Source: the human T2T-CHM13v2.0 reference genome, Homo sapiens
NCBI RefSeq assembly: GCF_009914755.1
Contig: NC_060928.1
Reading direction: 5' to 3' (one strand)
DNA length: 64,000 nt
Part shown: positions 12,659 through 25,223 of the stretch, one piece after another
Numbering within the stretch: position 1 is the first letter of the stretch
Layout of the letters: each line of letters opens with the position of its first letter
The notes under the pieces: generated by a model
What the model was told of the DNA's origin: nothing
Seen by the model: the letters and a program-made list of their open reading frames with translations, nothing else
The model's database searches: none
Translations under genes and position numbers: made by a program

Positions 12659-13169
12659 CCAGAAATGGAATGTTTATACACCTACCTCAAGCTTACACCT
12701 TTACTTGTTTATCAACTCTTTCTGACTACAGAGGTTATAGACAGATACTTTTCAATACTTACCCCTCTTATACATAATCAAATTTTCCTCATTATTGGGT
12801 CATTTCATGATCATACAAATATGCTATTACTTCTGTCATATTAGAAAATAAAAGCAAATAAGCAACCAGTATTCTTCATTTTCCCCATTTTCATTGTCAG
12901 ATACCACCAGGGAATTTGATCCCTTTTTCACCAAAACTCTTTAAAAGGATAATTTATACTCACCGTGTCATTTGCTCGTTGCATTTTCTCTTTAATCATT
13001 TCACTTCCATATAGATTTTTGCCCCCCAGTACTCTAATTAAACCTGTCCTCCACTTTGTTAATCTTATAGTTATTTTTCTCACCTTACTTGATTTATCAG
13101 CAGCATTTGAAGTATATTATTCTCATAATACTATCTTCATTTGACTCCCTGGTTTTATATTATTTGTAT

Positions 13170-13172
<3 letters not shown>

Positions 13173-13212
<40 letters not shown>

Positions 13213-13228
13213 CCTCTCTCTCTCTCTT
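13173..13228. repeat. (CT)n microsatellite
   Basis: Direct observation. Confidence 0.95.
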
Positions 13229-13466
13229 TCAGTGTTTTCTTCTATTCCTCAGATTCAATGTTGGAATGCCCCAGGCCTCAGTATTTTATTTCCCCCCACC
13301 CTCATCTTTCTCTGCACTTCTTTCCTTGGTTATCTCATCCAATCTCATGGTTTTACATGCACTGTAAATGCTAATGACTCCCAAATTTATATTTCCATGC
13401 CATATCTCTATCCCAAATTCCACACTTATAAATCCAATTGCATTTTTTACACTTCCACCTGAATGT

Positions 13467-13974
13467 TGTGATGATAATGGGTCTATTTTTCCTGAGACCC
13501 ATTCCTCACTCTGCCCAGCTCAGTTCATAAGACAGAGGGGATGAACACTGTGGATTACGTATCTCAGATTTTCTGAAAGCTGGCTTCCAGGTAGGCTCAA
13601 ACAATAGGAAACTCATGTAGAAAGATGAAAGGCAGGAACAAGGAGAAATCTAGATATTGTCTCAATTTCTCCCTGTCATCCCTAATAACAGTTGCATTTT
13701 TTACAGGCTCCTGCTCCTTTACATAGGCCCACTGTGGTTCCAACTTCCCCCAGATATCCCTCCCTGCAGCTCCAGTAGTACAGCCTCCTATCCCTGTTCT
13801 CCAAGGGAAGGTGATAGTAGCCTCCCATTGTTGCTAAATTGTAGGTTGCCTCACTGTCCCCTGGCTGGGTTTAATTTTTTTAAAGTTATTTTTACCATCA
13901 ATTACCTGTATCAATTCCCTTTGTTTTAAATTCTCAATGATTTCAATTTTCCTGGCTAGTTTCTGATTGCTTCA
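13467..13974 (+). mobile_element. LTR33-family solo LTR (ERVL)
   Basis: TG...CA; 'gctggcttccaggtaggctcaaacaataggaa', 'cccattgttgctaaattgtaggttgcctcactgtcccc'. Splits contiguous L2 sequence. Confidence 0.7.
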
Positions 13975-15034
13975 GATACCTAATGGAAATCTCAAAGTAA
14001 GTATGACTCAAGAGAAATTGCTGATTTCCATCTCCCAGCCACTACCAAACCTGTTTATGCTTATCCATTTCATTTGATGGCAAGTCCTTCCTCTGGTTGC
14101 TTAAACTCAAAGACTTTATAATATCTAGAATCTACTACTTCTCACCATGTCTACTGACGTGTGAATTACTACTGTTTTCCTCTTGGATAAAGTCAATATC
14201 TAAAGAGGGGACTTTTTCTAAAAGTGTCCCCTTACAGTCAGTTACCAACACAATATCCACAGTCATCATTTTTACATAAAAGAGCATGTCACTTCTCTTC
14301 TTAGGACCTATAGTGACCCTCTCTTTCATTGATGGTAAAATTCTAAGGCAGTGTGAGTTTTAAAATACCCTGTCAATATGTACAATTATTATGTCATTTA
14401 AATATAATATATATTTTTAAAAATTAAAAACGTATATCAAGGCCCAAGTTACTTCTGTGTGCTCATCATTAACTTCCCTTCCTCACTCATCTCCAGCCAC
14501 ACTGGTTTCCTTGAACCCCTTCAAACAAGCCAGATATGGGCCTGTCCTGGGCTTTTGCACTGTCTTTTCCCTCTGCCTGGGTTCCCTTCTTTCAGATATC
14601 TACATGTTTAATCCCTCACCACCTTTAAATTTTTGCATAAATGCTATCTTTTCAATGATGTTTTCTACGGCCTCCCTACTTAACATCTCAACCTGTTTCT
14701 TGGACCAGCATTAGAAAATGAATATAGAGAGATGAATACAATATATATGGCCCTGCCTTCGTAGTACTAGCAATCTACAGGGACACAAAATAATATGCAA
14801 AAAAGTATTTGAATTATCTTCAGCACCTTTCTAAAGAAAAAAAGCTACTTAAAACTTACACTTAGAAGTGCTCAATATGAGTCAGTACATTATGTCACCA
14901 CCTAAAGTAACAAGATGTTAGGCTGCAACTGCTGTATATTTTGAATGAGACTCATTACACTATGAAGTCACATACTTGTTTAATATTATAATAAGACAGA
15001 ACTAAATTTAAATCAGAGTTATACCAAACACTGG

Positions 15035-15152
15035 CTACTCTGAATCTCTACATCTCAATGTTCTCACGAGCAAAATCGAGCTAATAATAATACTAGCTTC
15101 TTAAAGTTATTTAAAAGATAAATGAGCTAAGATATGTAATGCTCATAGCCCA
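15035..15152 (+). mobile_element. MIR core
   Basis: 'aaaatcgagctaataataatactagcttcttaaagttatttaaaagataaatgagctaagatatgtaatgctcatagc'. Confidence 0.6.
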
Positions 15153-16137
15153 TTTAGAAAGGCAAAATATAAGGTATAGTACATAGAAACCACTGACCAT
15201 TGGTAATTCTGAAACACTACAGGTCAGACAGTTTGAATGAACCATATACTAAAGGTTGGAAAAGTTATTTGATTAAACTCTGCCTTTTTTTTTTCTGGGA
15301 AGAACACATCAATTAATCATTTTGTATAATCTCAACCTCTCCCTTCTTGGGAGTGGGGATAGGGGAAACAGTTTTCATCATCTATGATCTGAAGTTTCCG
15401 CATGCTCTTTCTCATTGTTAAGACAATACCACTTATTTTAGCTTATTGTTACAATAGTATTTCATTTTTTTCTAACAACTTGGTATTAGTCAAGATGGGA
15501 TATAATAACAAATGACTCTTGAAATCTTCATGGGTGCCATGGGAAGTTTTAAGAACACAACTTGAAAGTGAATTGCATGACTTTGTTCTGTATTTCATTG
15601 ACCACTACTCATTCAGTAAGCGTGAAAGTAACTGTGTATATCATTGTTAGTATACTATGCATGCCAGATACCCAAGACTCAGTCTTAAACTTTTCCTTTC
15701 CTTTACACACCATGTATTTAGTCATCAATTTTGGTTCAACCTACTCCACTAAATAGCTTTGACTTCCATTCACTTACCACTTTAGATTAGTGCTATAGAC
15801 TCCTATTGTACCTCCTTCATATCAATCCCCTTAAAACTCCCAATAGCTTCCATTGTTTCACCCAAAAGCTCAAATTCCTTTAATATAAAGTGTTATATGA
15901 ACTGGCACCCCATATACTTTATATCCTAATCTCTCATCTTTCATTTATTTTTTTAACTCCTGACTCATGTAACAAAAATGTATTTATCTCAGCACGTATT
16001 CACTCCCTTACTTGTTATGCTCTCCCAAATGTCCCTGTATTTTTAATTGAATAGTAATTGCCACATTTTATTTTATATGCTTATGTTACATTTATATATA
16101 TATTTACTACAGTCTCTGCGTTTAGAAGGCATACACT

Positions 16138-16480
<343 letters not shown>

Positions 16481-19072
16481 CTAAAACTGGAAGAATACCC
16501 AAAAATAACTCAAAGGAATAATTTTAATTTCAATTAATTGATTATGGCCTTTATCATTTCAAGATTTTTATATGTCTACTTTTATGAACTCTAGGCTAGT
16601 TTTTTCCACTTTTATTTCTACAATCATAGGGCCTATTTTATATTTTCTCTTGCACTTGATTATAGAAGAGATTGAAATGAGTTAGGAAACATGTACTTGA
16701 AACCAATAATGAGCACACTTTACAGGATTTCAAAATCTAAAAATATCATAAGATAACTTCAGGGAAGAGTAATAAGTATTGGTGTCATTTTTTTCCTTTT
16801 AGTAGATTAGTTGAAGAGGTAAATTGAACATGGACTATGTGTCAGACTTTTTTTTTCCAAATTATATTCTTAAATATATAGTAAAACATATGCTAGAGGC
16901 GGTTTTTTAATAACAAACAATATTTGAATTGAGACCCTGAAGAAAAATAAACTGTGCAACAATGTATTATTAAATATCTGCATTTTCTAGAGATGTATCC
17001 TTAAGTATGTAGGTATAAAATTACATTCTGAGATATATTTTTAAAATAATTTGGCAAGAAGAGAACAGGGATACCTTAAGCAGAAACAATAAAATTATGA
17101 TAATTGTTGAATATGTGTGATGGTTGTATGTTAATGTATTGATTATTTTGTGTGGGTATGAAAACATGATAATAAAATCAAATTACAAAAAAATAAAAAA
17201 TACCTCTTGCTTTTTTAGCAGCTTATTACATTGTTTATAACAGTGTCTATAGCGCTATGATTGGTCAGAGCCAGAGACTATAACATTTAATAAAACGAGT
17301 CTCTCTAGAAGCTCATGGGAGTTCATTTACAGCAGCAAAGACCTATATTAAATGGACTGAATATTTAAGGAGTAATTATGTTGAGTAATGTGTTTATTTA
17401 TAGTTTTAATTATACATTATCTTTTTTGGTTATCTTTAAAATATATTAAGCTTATGCAAATACGATATGCATCATAACCCAGGATCTATTATCTGAATTG
17501 CTTATATACTTATAATAACATAACTTTAAAAGAAAGAATCAAACCATATTGCTAGCTTACAGGTTGGATCTTTCTAGAAAATAGTTATTTACCTGAATGT
17601 TTATTTTTGTTTTGCATCTTCATCAGTTAAAACCAACAGTTACAATACAAATGAAAGTGAAAAAATAATAATATTATTAATGTGAAATTTCAATGTGCTT
17701 AGCAACAAACAATGGGAATAAGAATTATCCAGGATGTACTAAACGCTACAAGAATTATATAAGTCTAATGAACATGATGCTTTTGAACTTAAGTAAATTC
17801 TATGTGCTTAACTATTTTTATTGTTTATAGATTTAGGACTTCTGAATGCATTCTTTTTTGCTGTTATGGGATATTATGAATTCACCTTAGTAGACTTTTG
17901 CTTACAGGACATAAAATTAATTTATTCTATGAATTTTTTCTTCTTTTTCTAAAAATGTGTAAGTTCTGCGATTTCTTGGACTAAAAGATATCTATTTACA
18001 TAGTGAAAGGCCAGGCCTTATAAAGATCATGACAGTATTCAATCCTATTCTTGTTTTTTGTTTCAATGTGTTGCTAGTTATCTTATCTCAGTGTATTGTA
18101 TTTATATAACTGCATATTTGATTAAGATACCTAACCTATGAGACATATTAACATAATGAACACATGTAAACACACAACCCAATTTAAGCATAAGAACAGT
18201 ATCAATAATTTTGCAGTTATCTTTCACTCTTTTTCAGCCACACAGAGACAACTATACTCTTAATTTTGTGTTTAGAGTCCTCTATTTTCTTAATGGACAG
18301 ATTGCACATGGTTAAAGGTCTATCTTTACATCAAGAGAGCCTGTGTTTGGATCTTGTTCACGCTGCTTATGTCTCTTTTGAAGTTATGCTTAAGCTTTAT
18401 CCCTTGTTCCTTTATGGAAATTTGAGTATTTTAGGAAAAGTAAAAAAAAAAAAAAAAGAAAGAAACTTTAAAGTAGAATGATAAAATCTAGTGTTTTTAG
18501 ATACAGAAGTGAGAAGTTGAATACGGGTAAAGCATGATGGACTATGGGAAGAACGGAATTTCTTGTGTGTGACTGCTCATTCAATAAGCTATATTTTTTA
18601 AAGACCTGAACAGGTTATAGCTATTGGTTATCTACAAGTGGAATTCTCAAACACGAAAATGAAAGCCTGACAAATAAGATGCTAATGCCATTTTCACTTA
18701 AAAAATAGAACAAGCGAAAGAGAGAAATAAAAGCACTAGCCCAGTAAGAACATCCTCTATTTGCCTTACTCATAAGCCAGTTCAGGGCCATATCTGCAAA
18801 ACTAGGAAGAAACTGCTAAGTGCTAAAACGTTTTAACCAATCACTTTAAGAAAGGCAGAGAAAGCAAATCACTCAAGTAGATAAAACAGGAGAGACTGAA
18901 GTTGCTATAGTTGTAATCTTTTTAAAAATAATCTATTTGTTTTGAAGAAAACCCCAATAGGAAGGTGTTTTCATTTTTAAAGGTATCTCTTCAGATACTA
19001 TTTAATACTCAATGTGCTAATAATGTCAAAAATTGTTAAATGCGTATATATCTGTATTTCAAATAGGATAGT

Positions 19073-19511
19073 TTATCAAGTCAGGTTTTCCAAGAAGCTG
19101 ATACTATGCAATTATTAGTCACTCAAAAGGTTATAAGAGGAACATTAGTTAAAGATTAAGAAGAAAAAGCAGACCTAAGTGCAGGGAGTCTTCAGTGATG
19201 CAAGCCTGGCTTCTGTCAAAAGAGGGGGAGAAGGAAGAAAGATGAGAATGAAAGAGTCACAGCCTGAAACACAGTTTAGGAAATTTTGGCCCGGACAATA
19301 GGAGTCTCCAGTCCAAAGTCTTCTGTTGGAAGGTTACCACAAATCTTAAAAATGGCCTTCATCAATACTCCCAGCATGCTCAGTCATTGGCCAGGAACAG
19401 CCAGAGAAAATATGGCCTGAGTGCAAAGATAGTCATACAACCAGAAAAACAGTAGCTGGGGCTGCCTGTCATCCATGCTCACTGAAGCAAGAGTTGTGAG
19501 TGGTGACCACA
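19073..19511 (-). mobile_element. LTR16-family solo LTR (LTR16E-like, ERVL)
   Basis: 'catgctcagtcattggccaggaacagcc...tatggcctg', 'gtagctggggctg', ending 'gaccaca'. Confidence 0.72.
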
Positions 19512-20044
19512 TATATCAAATATTTCTATGAAAAAAACAAAACAAAAAAAACCCAATCAAGTGAAACTCCAAAATGATAACCTTTAATGCTTATTAGATG
19601 ACATAAGTGTTAGGTTGGATATTTTATTAAATATTTAATCATTATATATGCACATATTTATGGGCATGTGATCTTAATTTCTGTTTTTAAATTCAGAATG
19701 CTTCAATAATAACATTGCATTTTATATAATCCTGATTTTCTTTTTTAAAATCAGCTCAAAAGGAGAAGCTAAAATATTCAGCTTTAATTTCACCAGTAGA
19801 TTTTTAATGTTTTGTAATCATAATGTTTAATTTGTGCTGTTCTTAGAAGTTTAATTATGAAGCTAAATTGTACTAATACCCATTAGGTACTTCTTAATTG
19901 AAGGCGCATCATATTTCTGATGTGGCAGTACTAATTGGTGTAATTAAATTCTAATATGCTTCAGTAGCCTGATTTTTTAAAGTGAATAAAAAGCTGATAG
20001 AAATAAGTCAGCTCTTGAAGCTGCATAGTTGTATAATACATACA

Positions 20045-20378
20045 CGTGTTTGCATTTGTAACATGCACATTTATTCAGAACAAACAACTCATTAATTTAT
20101 TCCAAAATAATTTCACTTGATAACTTGAAATACAGAGTAAAACAAATTGGTCAGGTAAATATACATGTAACTTAAAAAGAAACAGTCATGTACTTTAGGC
20201 ATAAGGACAATGCTTTTCTCTTTTACAAATTCTTAGTTAGGTCAAATTCTCTGGAAGTCACTACATTTCTTTACTGTGATGTGTTTTGGGTGAAGTTACA
20301 ACCTATTTGCAAATCACATCACTGGTTTGTCCAAGCAGAGGTAGATGAGAGGTAAGCTCCTCTCCTGCTAAAAGTCTC
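20045..20378 (-). other. Candidate terminal exon of a minus-strand non-coding transcript
   Basis: Acceptor tattttcttgctgtttttag|GAG at 20379/20378; two AATAAA (plus-strand tttatt at 20070-20075 and 20096-20101); no repeat recognised. Motif evidence only. Confidence 0.3.
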
Positions 20379-20821
20379 CTAAAAACAGCAAGAAAATATT
20401 TTTATGTGTTCAAAAATGCTCATTTATTTATATTCCTAAATTTTCTTTTACTCAGTATAATATAGATAATTTAAAAGTAAGTAGAATATTTTTATTATAT
20501 ATGTTTTATTTTTATACTTCTAGTTAAATTAATAGTGGAACATTATATATCTATTAAATGTTTTAAATTACATGGAATTAAAATATCAAAGTTAATTATG
20601 TTATTATAATTTTTAAATTTCAGAAACCTTCTTTAAAATTCTTACTGTTTTATCTTAATAAATTCTTATGGAAATTGTGGTCAGATGTAAACTGTGACTC
20701 TGAGCACAAATCCCAATGCTATTGCCAATTTAATTCCAATTTTTGTGTTTATACATGAAATGTAGTTTTTCTTTTATTGAGTTTTAAAAATCTGTAAGAT
20801 TTACCTATCTGAATATACACT

Positions 20822-20997
20822 CAGGTCTAGCTTCATGTTCCTGTGACCTGTGTGGTCACACGAGGACCCATGTACATAATGACCTCATACTTGGCCTAAT
20901 GCTCTGCTGTTGCCATCTTGAAACGCTTAACACTTTGAACGAGGTACAACATCCATTTCATTTTGCACTGGGCCCTGCAAATCAAGTAGACAGTCAT
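20822..20997 (+). mobile_element. MER91A, near full-length
   Basis: 'caggtctagcttcatg...gtgacctgtgtggtcacac...taatgctctgctgttgccatcttgaaa...ttcattttgcactgggccctgcaaat'. Confidence 0.85.
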
Positions 20998-21097
20998 ATA
21001 TGAGTCCAGTATTTTCCTACCACCAGACATTTTAATGTACTGAAGAGATTTAAAAAAAAACTAATAATTAGAAGTTTTAAAAGAATATTTTAAAGAG

Positions 21098-21736
21098 TTG
21101 TTGTTTGTTTGTTCGTTTGTTTGTTTTTTAATCCTAGATGTCTCAAGCTTGCCTTCCATTAGACAATGCAGTAAGGAACGCTCAGTTTACAATACAGGGC
21201 AGGCAGGAAGACAACCAACTCAATGGGATCTATGTCCTGTGCAGTCACCACCAGCTGAGCCTTCTTTTTCTTCACTAAGGTGGTGACAGAGTTAACCCCC
21301 GTTAAAAGGACAGGTGATCTCTTAGTGGGGATGTCTCCTTTGCTTTCTTCTCAGCCCAGGCCAACAGTCTCTGCTGCTTCTCTTGCTTTGTCTGTGGTCT
21401 GTACTTGCCAGCCAGCTTACCCCACTGAGCAGCTGTTTGGTGGTCCAAGGCCCTGGTGAACTGATTAATCACAGAAGGCACTTCTAGCTGCTTATAGAGG
21501 ATGGCTCTCTGCTGTTGCAACCTAGTATAATGGGGCCATTTGACAAAGCAAGTGAGGTGCCTTTTGGGCTGGATGTTCTGTCCAATGCCAAAATGTCCTG
21601 TCCAGTGCCAAATTTCTCAAACGGAAGATTCACCACTTTCACGGTCTCCTGCTTTTTCAAGACAGCAAGGGTCGGCACCACCTTCTTCCCTTTGGCCTTC
21701 TTTCCTTTTCGCACCTTGGGTAGCTGGAGAAGAGAA
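21098..21736 (-). pseudogene. RPL7A: Processed pseudogene of 60S ribosomal protein L7a (eL8), 3'-truncated and frameshifted
   Basis: Intronless. [10 protein letters not shown]..., [25 protein letters not shown]..., then the GVNx[21 protein letters not shown] region, ending at the ARLGRL codons (~21133). Pyrimidine-rich 5' TOP-like leader, start ATG mutated, A-rich tail at 21098-21131. Confidence 0.95.
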
Positions 21737-24393
21737 TAATAAGATCTTGAGAGAAAAATAAGTTGAAGCCAGAGGTAAAACTGAATATTGGTAATATCTT
21801 TTTGTTTTAGGGTTGCTTTCCATTTTAGAAAGTAATTCAGAGTGTTATTTTTTAAAAATCATATATCAGAGTTCTCTAATAAATTTCAAACTTAAAAGAA
21901 CATTTAACTTCATAAGAGAAGAGAAATGTTTCATGAACATATTTTAAAGATAGGAAAACTAGAATACAATTTGGAATAAAACTAATATTTTAAGTAACCT
22001 GGAGATAGGACTCATATCTTTTAATAGAACATGCATTCTAACAAGCCAGTGATTTTTCAAAGTTTTCTAAAACACTTTTCTCAAACCATATTTAACCTAG
22101 AAGTAGAAACAAATAAAAGACACAAAATTAGAGTTAATTTTGTTGTAACTGGGTTGGCTCCAGAGATTATAGTTAGGAAGTGATTACATTAAGCTCTACA
22201 TATGCAGCATTCTAGCAAATTTCAATGCAGTAGACAAAATCTATAAATAATGTGAAACACATATTAACATGTTAAGCATAATATGCATTCATTGTCTTCA
22301 ACAGAATAGTTCTCTATTAATTTTTTAAATGTAATACAATTTTACTATAAAAACACTGAAAAATCAACATATTTCATTAAGAAAAAATTATAAATGTTGC
22401 AAAATGATGAGGAAAATACCTATAGTAATAATTCCCAACTATAACAATTTTGTTTTATCTAATACTGGTCAGCTTTCCATGTGTCCAAGCATTACAGGAC
22501 TTTTCATTAAGCCTAATCCTCACAAGAACATTGCTTTGAGTGATATTCCAGAGTGGTAGTCCTTTAAGGCATTAGAACGATTTGTGAAATCACTAAAAAT
22601 ACTAGGGGAAATATTCAAAAAATGACAATAGTGCCATTATTCCTCCTCTTCAAAGAGACTATCAGAACTAAAACTCTTTGCTTCATGTTCCTGTTTACTT
22701 CTGTCACTTTCAAGTCACAGAGGTATTATCAGACTTTCATCATTATATGACTCTGCTTTTCCAACAGAATCAATTACCTATCCCTTATCTCACATCTTGA
22801 TAGTGATAGATATTGAATGCTTATGTTCTGATTAGCAAACTGTTTTTGCATTTTTAATAAAAATTTGAACTCCTGATATGTCTGGAAAATATAACCCCTT
22901 CAACAGCCCTTTCAATGGGTTGCTACTATTTTGCTCACCCCATCTTCACCTGCCTAATGATGAGGATGCGGGGTATATACAATTTCAGTTAATTTGTAGT
23001 TATCAGTCTATTATAGTTCTTTCCTTCTGAAAACCAACAAGTAAATAAACCAACAAGCATCACCAATAAACTTTGACAGTTTATGGTTCATAACGTAAGT
23101 CTACACCAAACTTTCCATTCAAATGCTTTTTCAAACCTTTGTTTGGTTTCTTTCTCTATTAAGACAACTTTTGCTTTTGGCTTTCAAAGACATTCTCTCC
23201 ATTATAAACTCTGTCGTTATTCTCTATTGTGCTTACCTCAAACTGGTAACACTTTCAAATCTTACCTGTCAGTTTCTTGACCACCATGCATGTTAATAAC
23301 ATTTCTTCTCTATTTTAGACAGCAAATGTTTCTCAATATTTTAAAAAAATTAAAATATCCTACTCTTTGGTCCTCTCTACCTCCCATTTCATCCAATATC
23401 ACTTGTTCAAGACCTGAACTCGTACAGGTTTTAACCTCTTGAAGACTGTCACTCTATGGACTCTACTCTCTTCTCTCTCCTCCATAGCCTTCTCATTGCT
23501 TATCTTCCCTACTTGTCCAGGAAATGATGACATGTTTCGTCACTATAATTAATCCCTTTCAAATGGCCTTTATGCCAAATTATTTTATTATATGCTCTTT
23601 CTGTGCCATGCCTTGTTTTCCAAATTTACCACAGTACAAATTTTACAATTAGTTTTCCATTACTGAATTAGTACCAATCTCTGTCTTAAAAAATAAATAC
23701 AGTAAAAAATGATAATGAATTTATTTTTTCTTATAATACTATCACTGGTGCATGATTAGAATAAATTAATCTTAAGATGATATAAGCATTTCTCCAAATG
23801 GTCTTCAAATTCATTGATTTTTTTGTGATTTCAATTTCCATATTTATTGTTCCTGTTGCAATTTTTTCAGATTTTATAAGTATATGTATTAACTCAGAAC
23901 ACATACCTCTTATCACACATATTTTTTCATGTAATTTATCTAAATCTCATAGAAAAGGGTCCATTTGCATTTTCTCTTATTAGACTCCTGATTTCAAATA
24001 ATATATTACTTATGAGTATTTTTCTGTGCTGTAGTTATTCATTCTTATAGATATGTAACATAATTCCTTTTTCAAAGGTAAAATTTGAGCTATCTTTTGT
24101 GAGGATTTGTTGATCTCTGTCTAAAGTTTCAAAACTTTAAAAGCAAAATGTAAATTCCTTTCAAGTTTTAGTAAAATTACTTCAAACTTAGTAGCTTAAA
24201 CAATACAGATTTATTATGTTACAGTTCTGTAAGACAGAAATCTGACTTGATCACACCATGGTAAAACCAAGATACTGCCAGGGTTGGGTTTTTCTTTGGG
24301 GGGTCTGTGGGAAGAGTTTGTTTCCTTTGGTTTTCCACAGCCCAGAGGCTATTTGCATTCCTTTAATCACTGTCCCTTCCTCCATTTCTAAAA

Positions 24394-24630
24394 TGAGGAA
24401 TGGAGTCAGGGTGACTATGGTTAGCAATATTGTATTGTATATTTCAAAATAGCTAGAAGAGAGGATTTTTGAATTCTCTCACCGTAAAGATATCAAAAAT
24501 GTATGAAGTGAAGAATATGTTGAATATCCTGATTCAATATTTAAACTATACATACACGTGTTGAAACATCACACTGTATGCCATAAATATGTACAATAAT
24601 TATGTGTCATAAAACAAGATTTAAATTGTT
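24394..24630 (+). mobile_element. L1MA 3' end fragment
   Basis: 'agggtgactatggttagcaatattgtattgtatatttcaaaatagctagaagagagga...aaacatcacactgtatgccataaatatgtacaat'. Confidence 0.8.
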
Positions 24631-24870
24631 TTAAAGGGCCAGCAATGGCAGTTTGTGAGTTCCCATCTCATCACTCTAACTTCTTCTGCCTCCTTCTTCC
24701 ACTTGTAAATGTCCTTCTGATTATTTTGGTCACATCAGGATAATCCAGAATAACTTTCCTATCTTAATATCAACTGATGAACAACCTTAGTTTAGTCTAC
24801 AATTTCAGTTTTCCTTTGCCATGCAACTAACATATTCACAAATTCTGGGGACTAGAATGTGGACACCCGT

Positions 24871-25223
24871 TGTATTAGTTTGTCCTCACACTGCTAATAA
24901 AGACACAGCTGAGACTGGGTAATTTATAAAAGAAAGAGGTTTAACTGACTTATAGTTCCACATGGATGGGGAGCCCTCAAAATCATGGTGGAAAGCGAAT
25001 GAGAAGCAATGTCGCATCCCACGTGGTGGCAGGCAAGAGAGCTTGTGCAGGGGAACTCCCGTTTATAAACCCAGCAGATCTCATGAAACTTATTCACTAC
25101 CACAAGAACAGCATGGGATAAACCGTCCCCATGATTAAATCATCTCTACCTGACCCCATTCTTCACATGGAATTATTACAATTCAAGGTGAGATTTGGGT
25201 GGGGATACAGCCAAATCACATCA
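24871..25223 (-). mobile_element. THE1 solo LTR (THE1B-like)
   Basis: 'tgtattagt...ctgctaataaagac...gagatttgggtggggatacagccaaatcacatca'; flanks cccgt/ttcgt. Confidence 0.9.

Larger units (their letters stand above)
12230..14700 (+). mobile_element. L2 fragments, interrupted by MER20, (CT)n, LTR33 and a short L1 3' end
   Basis: L2 motifs 'gatgaccttgtttcct', 'gatttatcagcagcatttga', 'aatgttggaatgccccaggcctcagt', 'gctaatgactcccaaatttatatttcc', 'tccagccacactggtttcctt'. Confidence 0.75.

Noticed and set aside
18220-18530. Strong plus-strand acceptor (ttttcag|CCAC) as an exon
   Set aside because: No convincing donor nearby; isolated acceptors are common in T-rich DNA.
21302-21714. RPL7A ORFs as a functional gene
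   Set aside because: Intronless, start codon lost, frameshifted, C-terminus missing.
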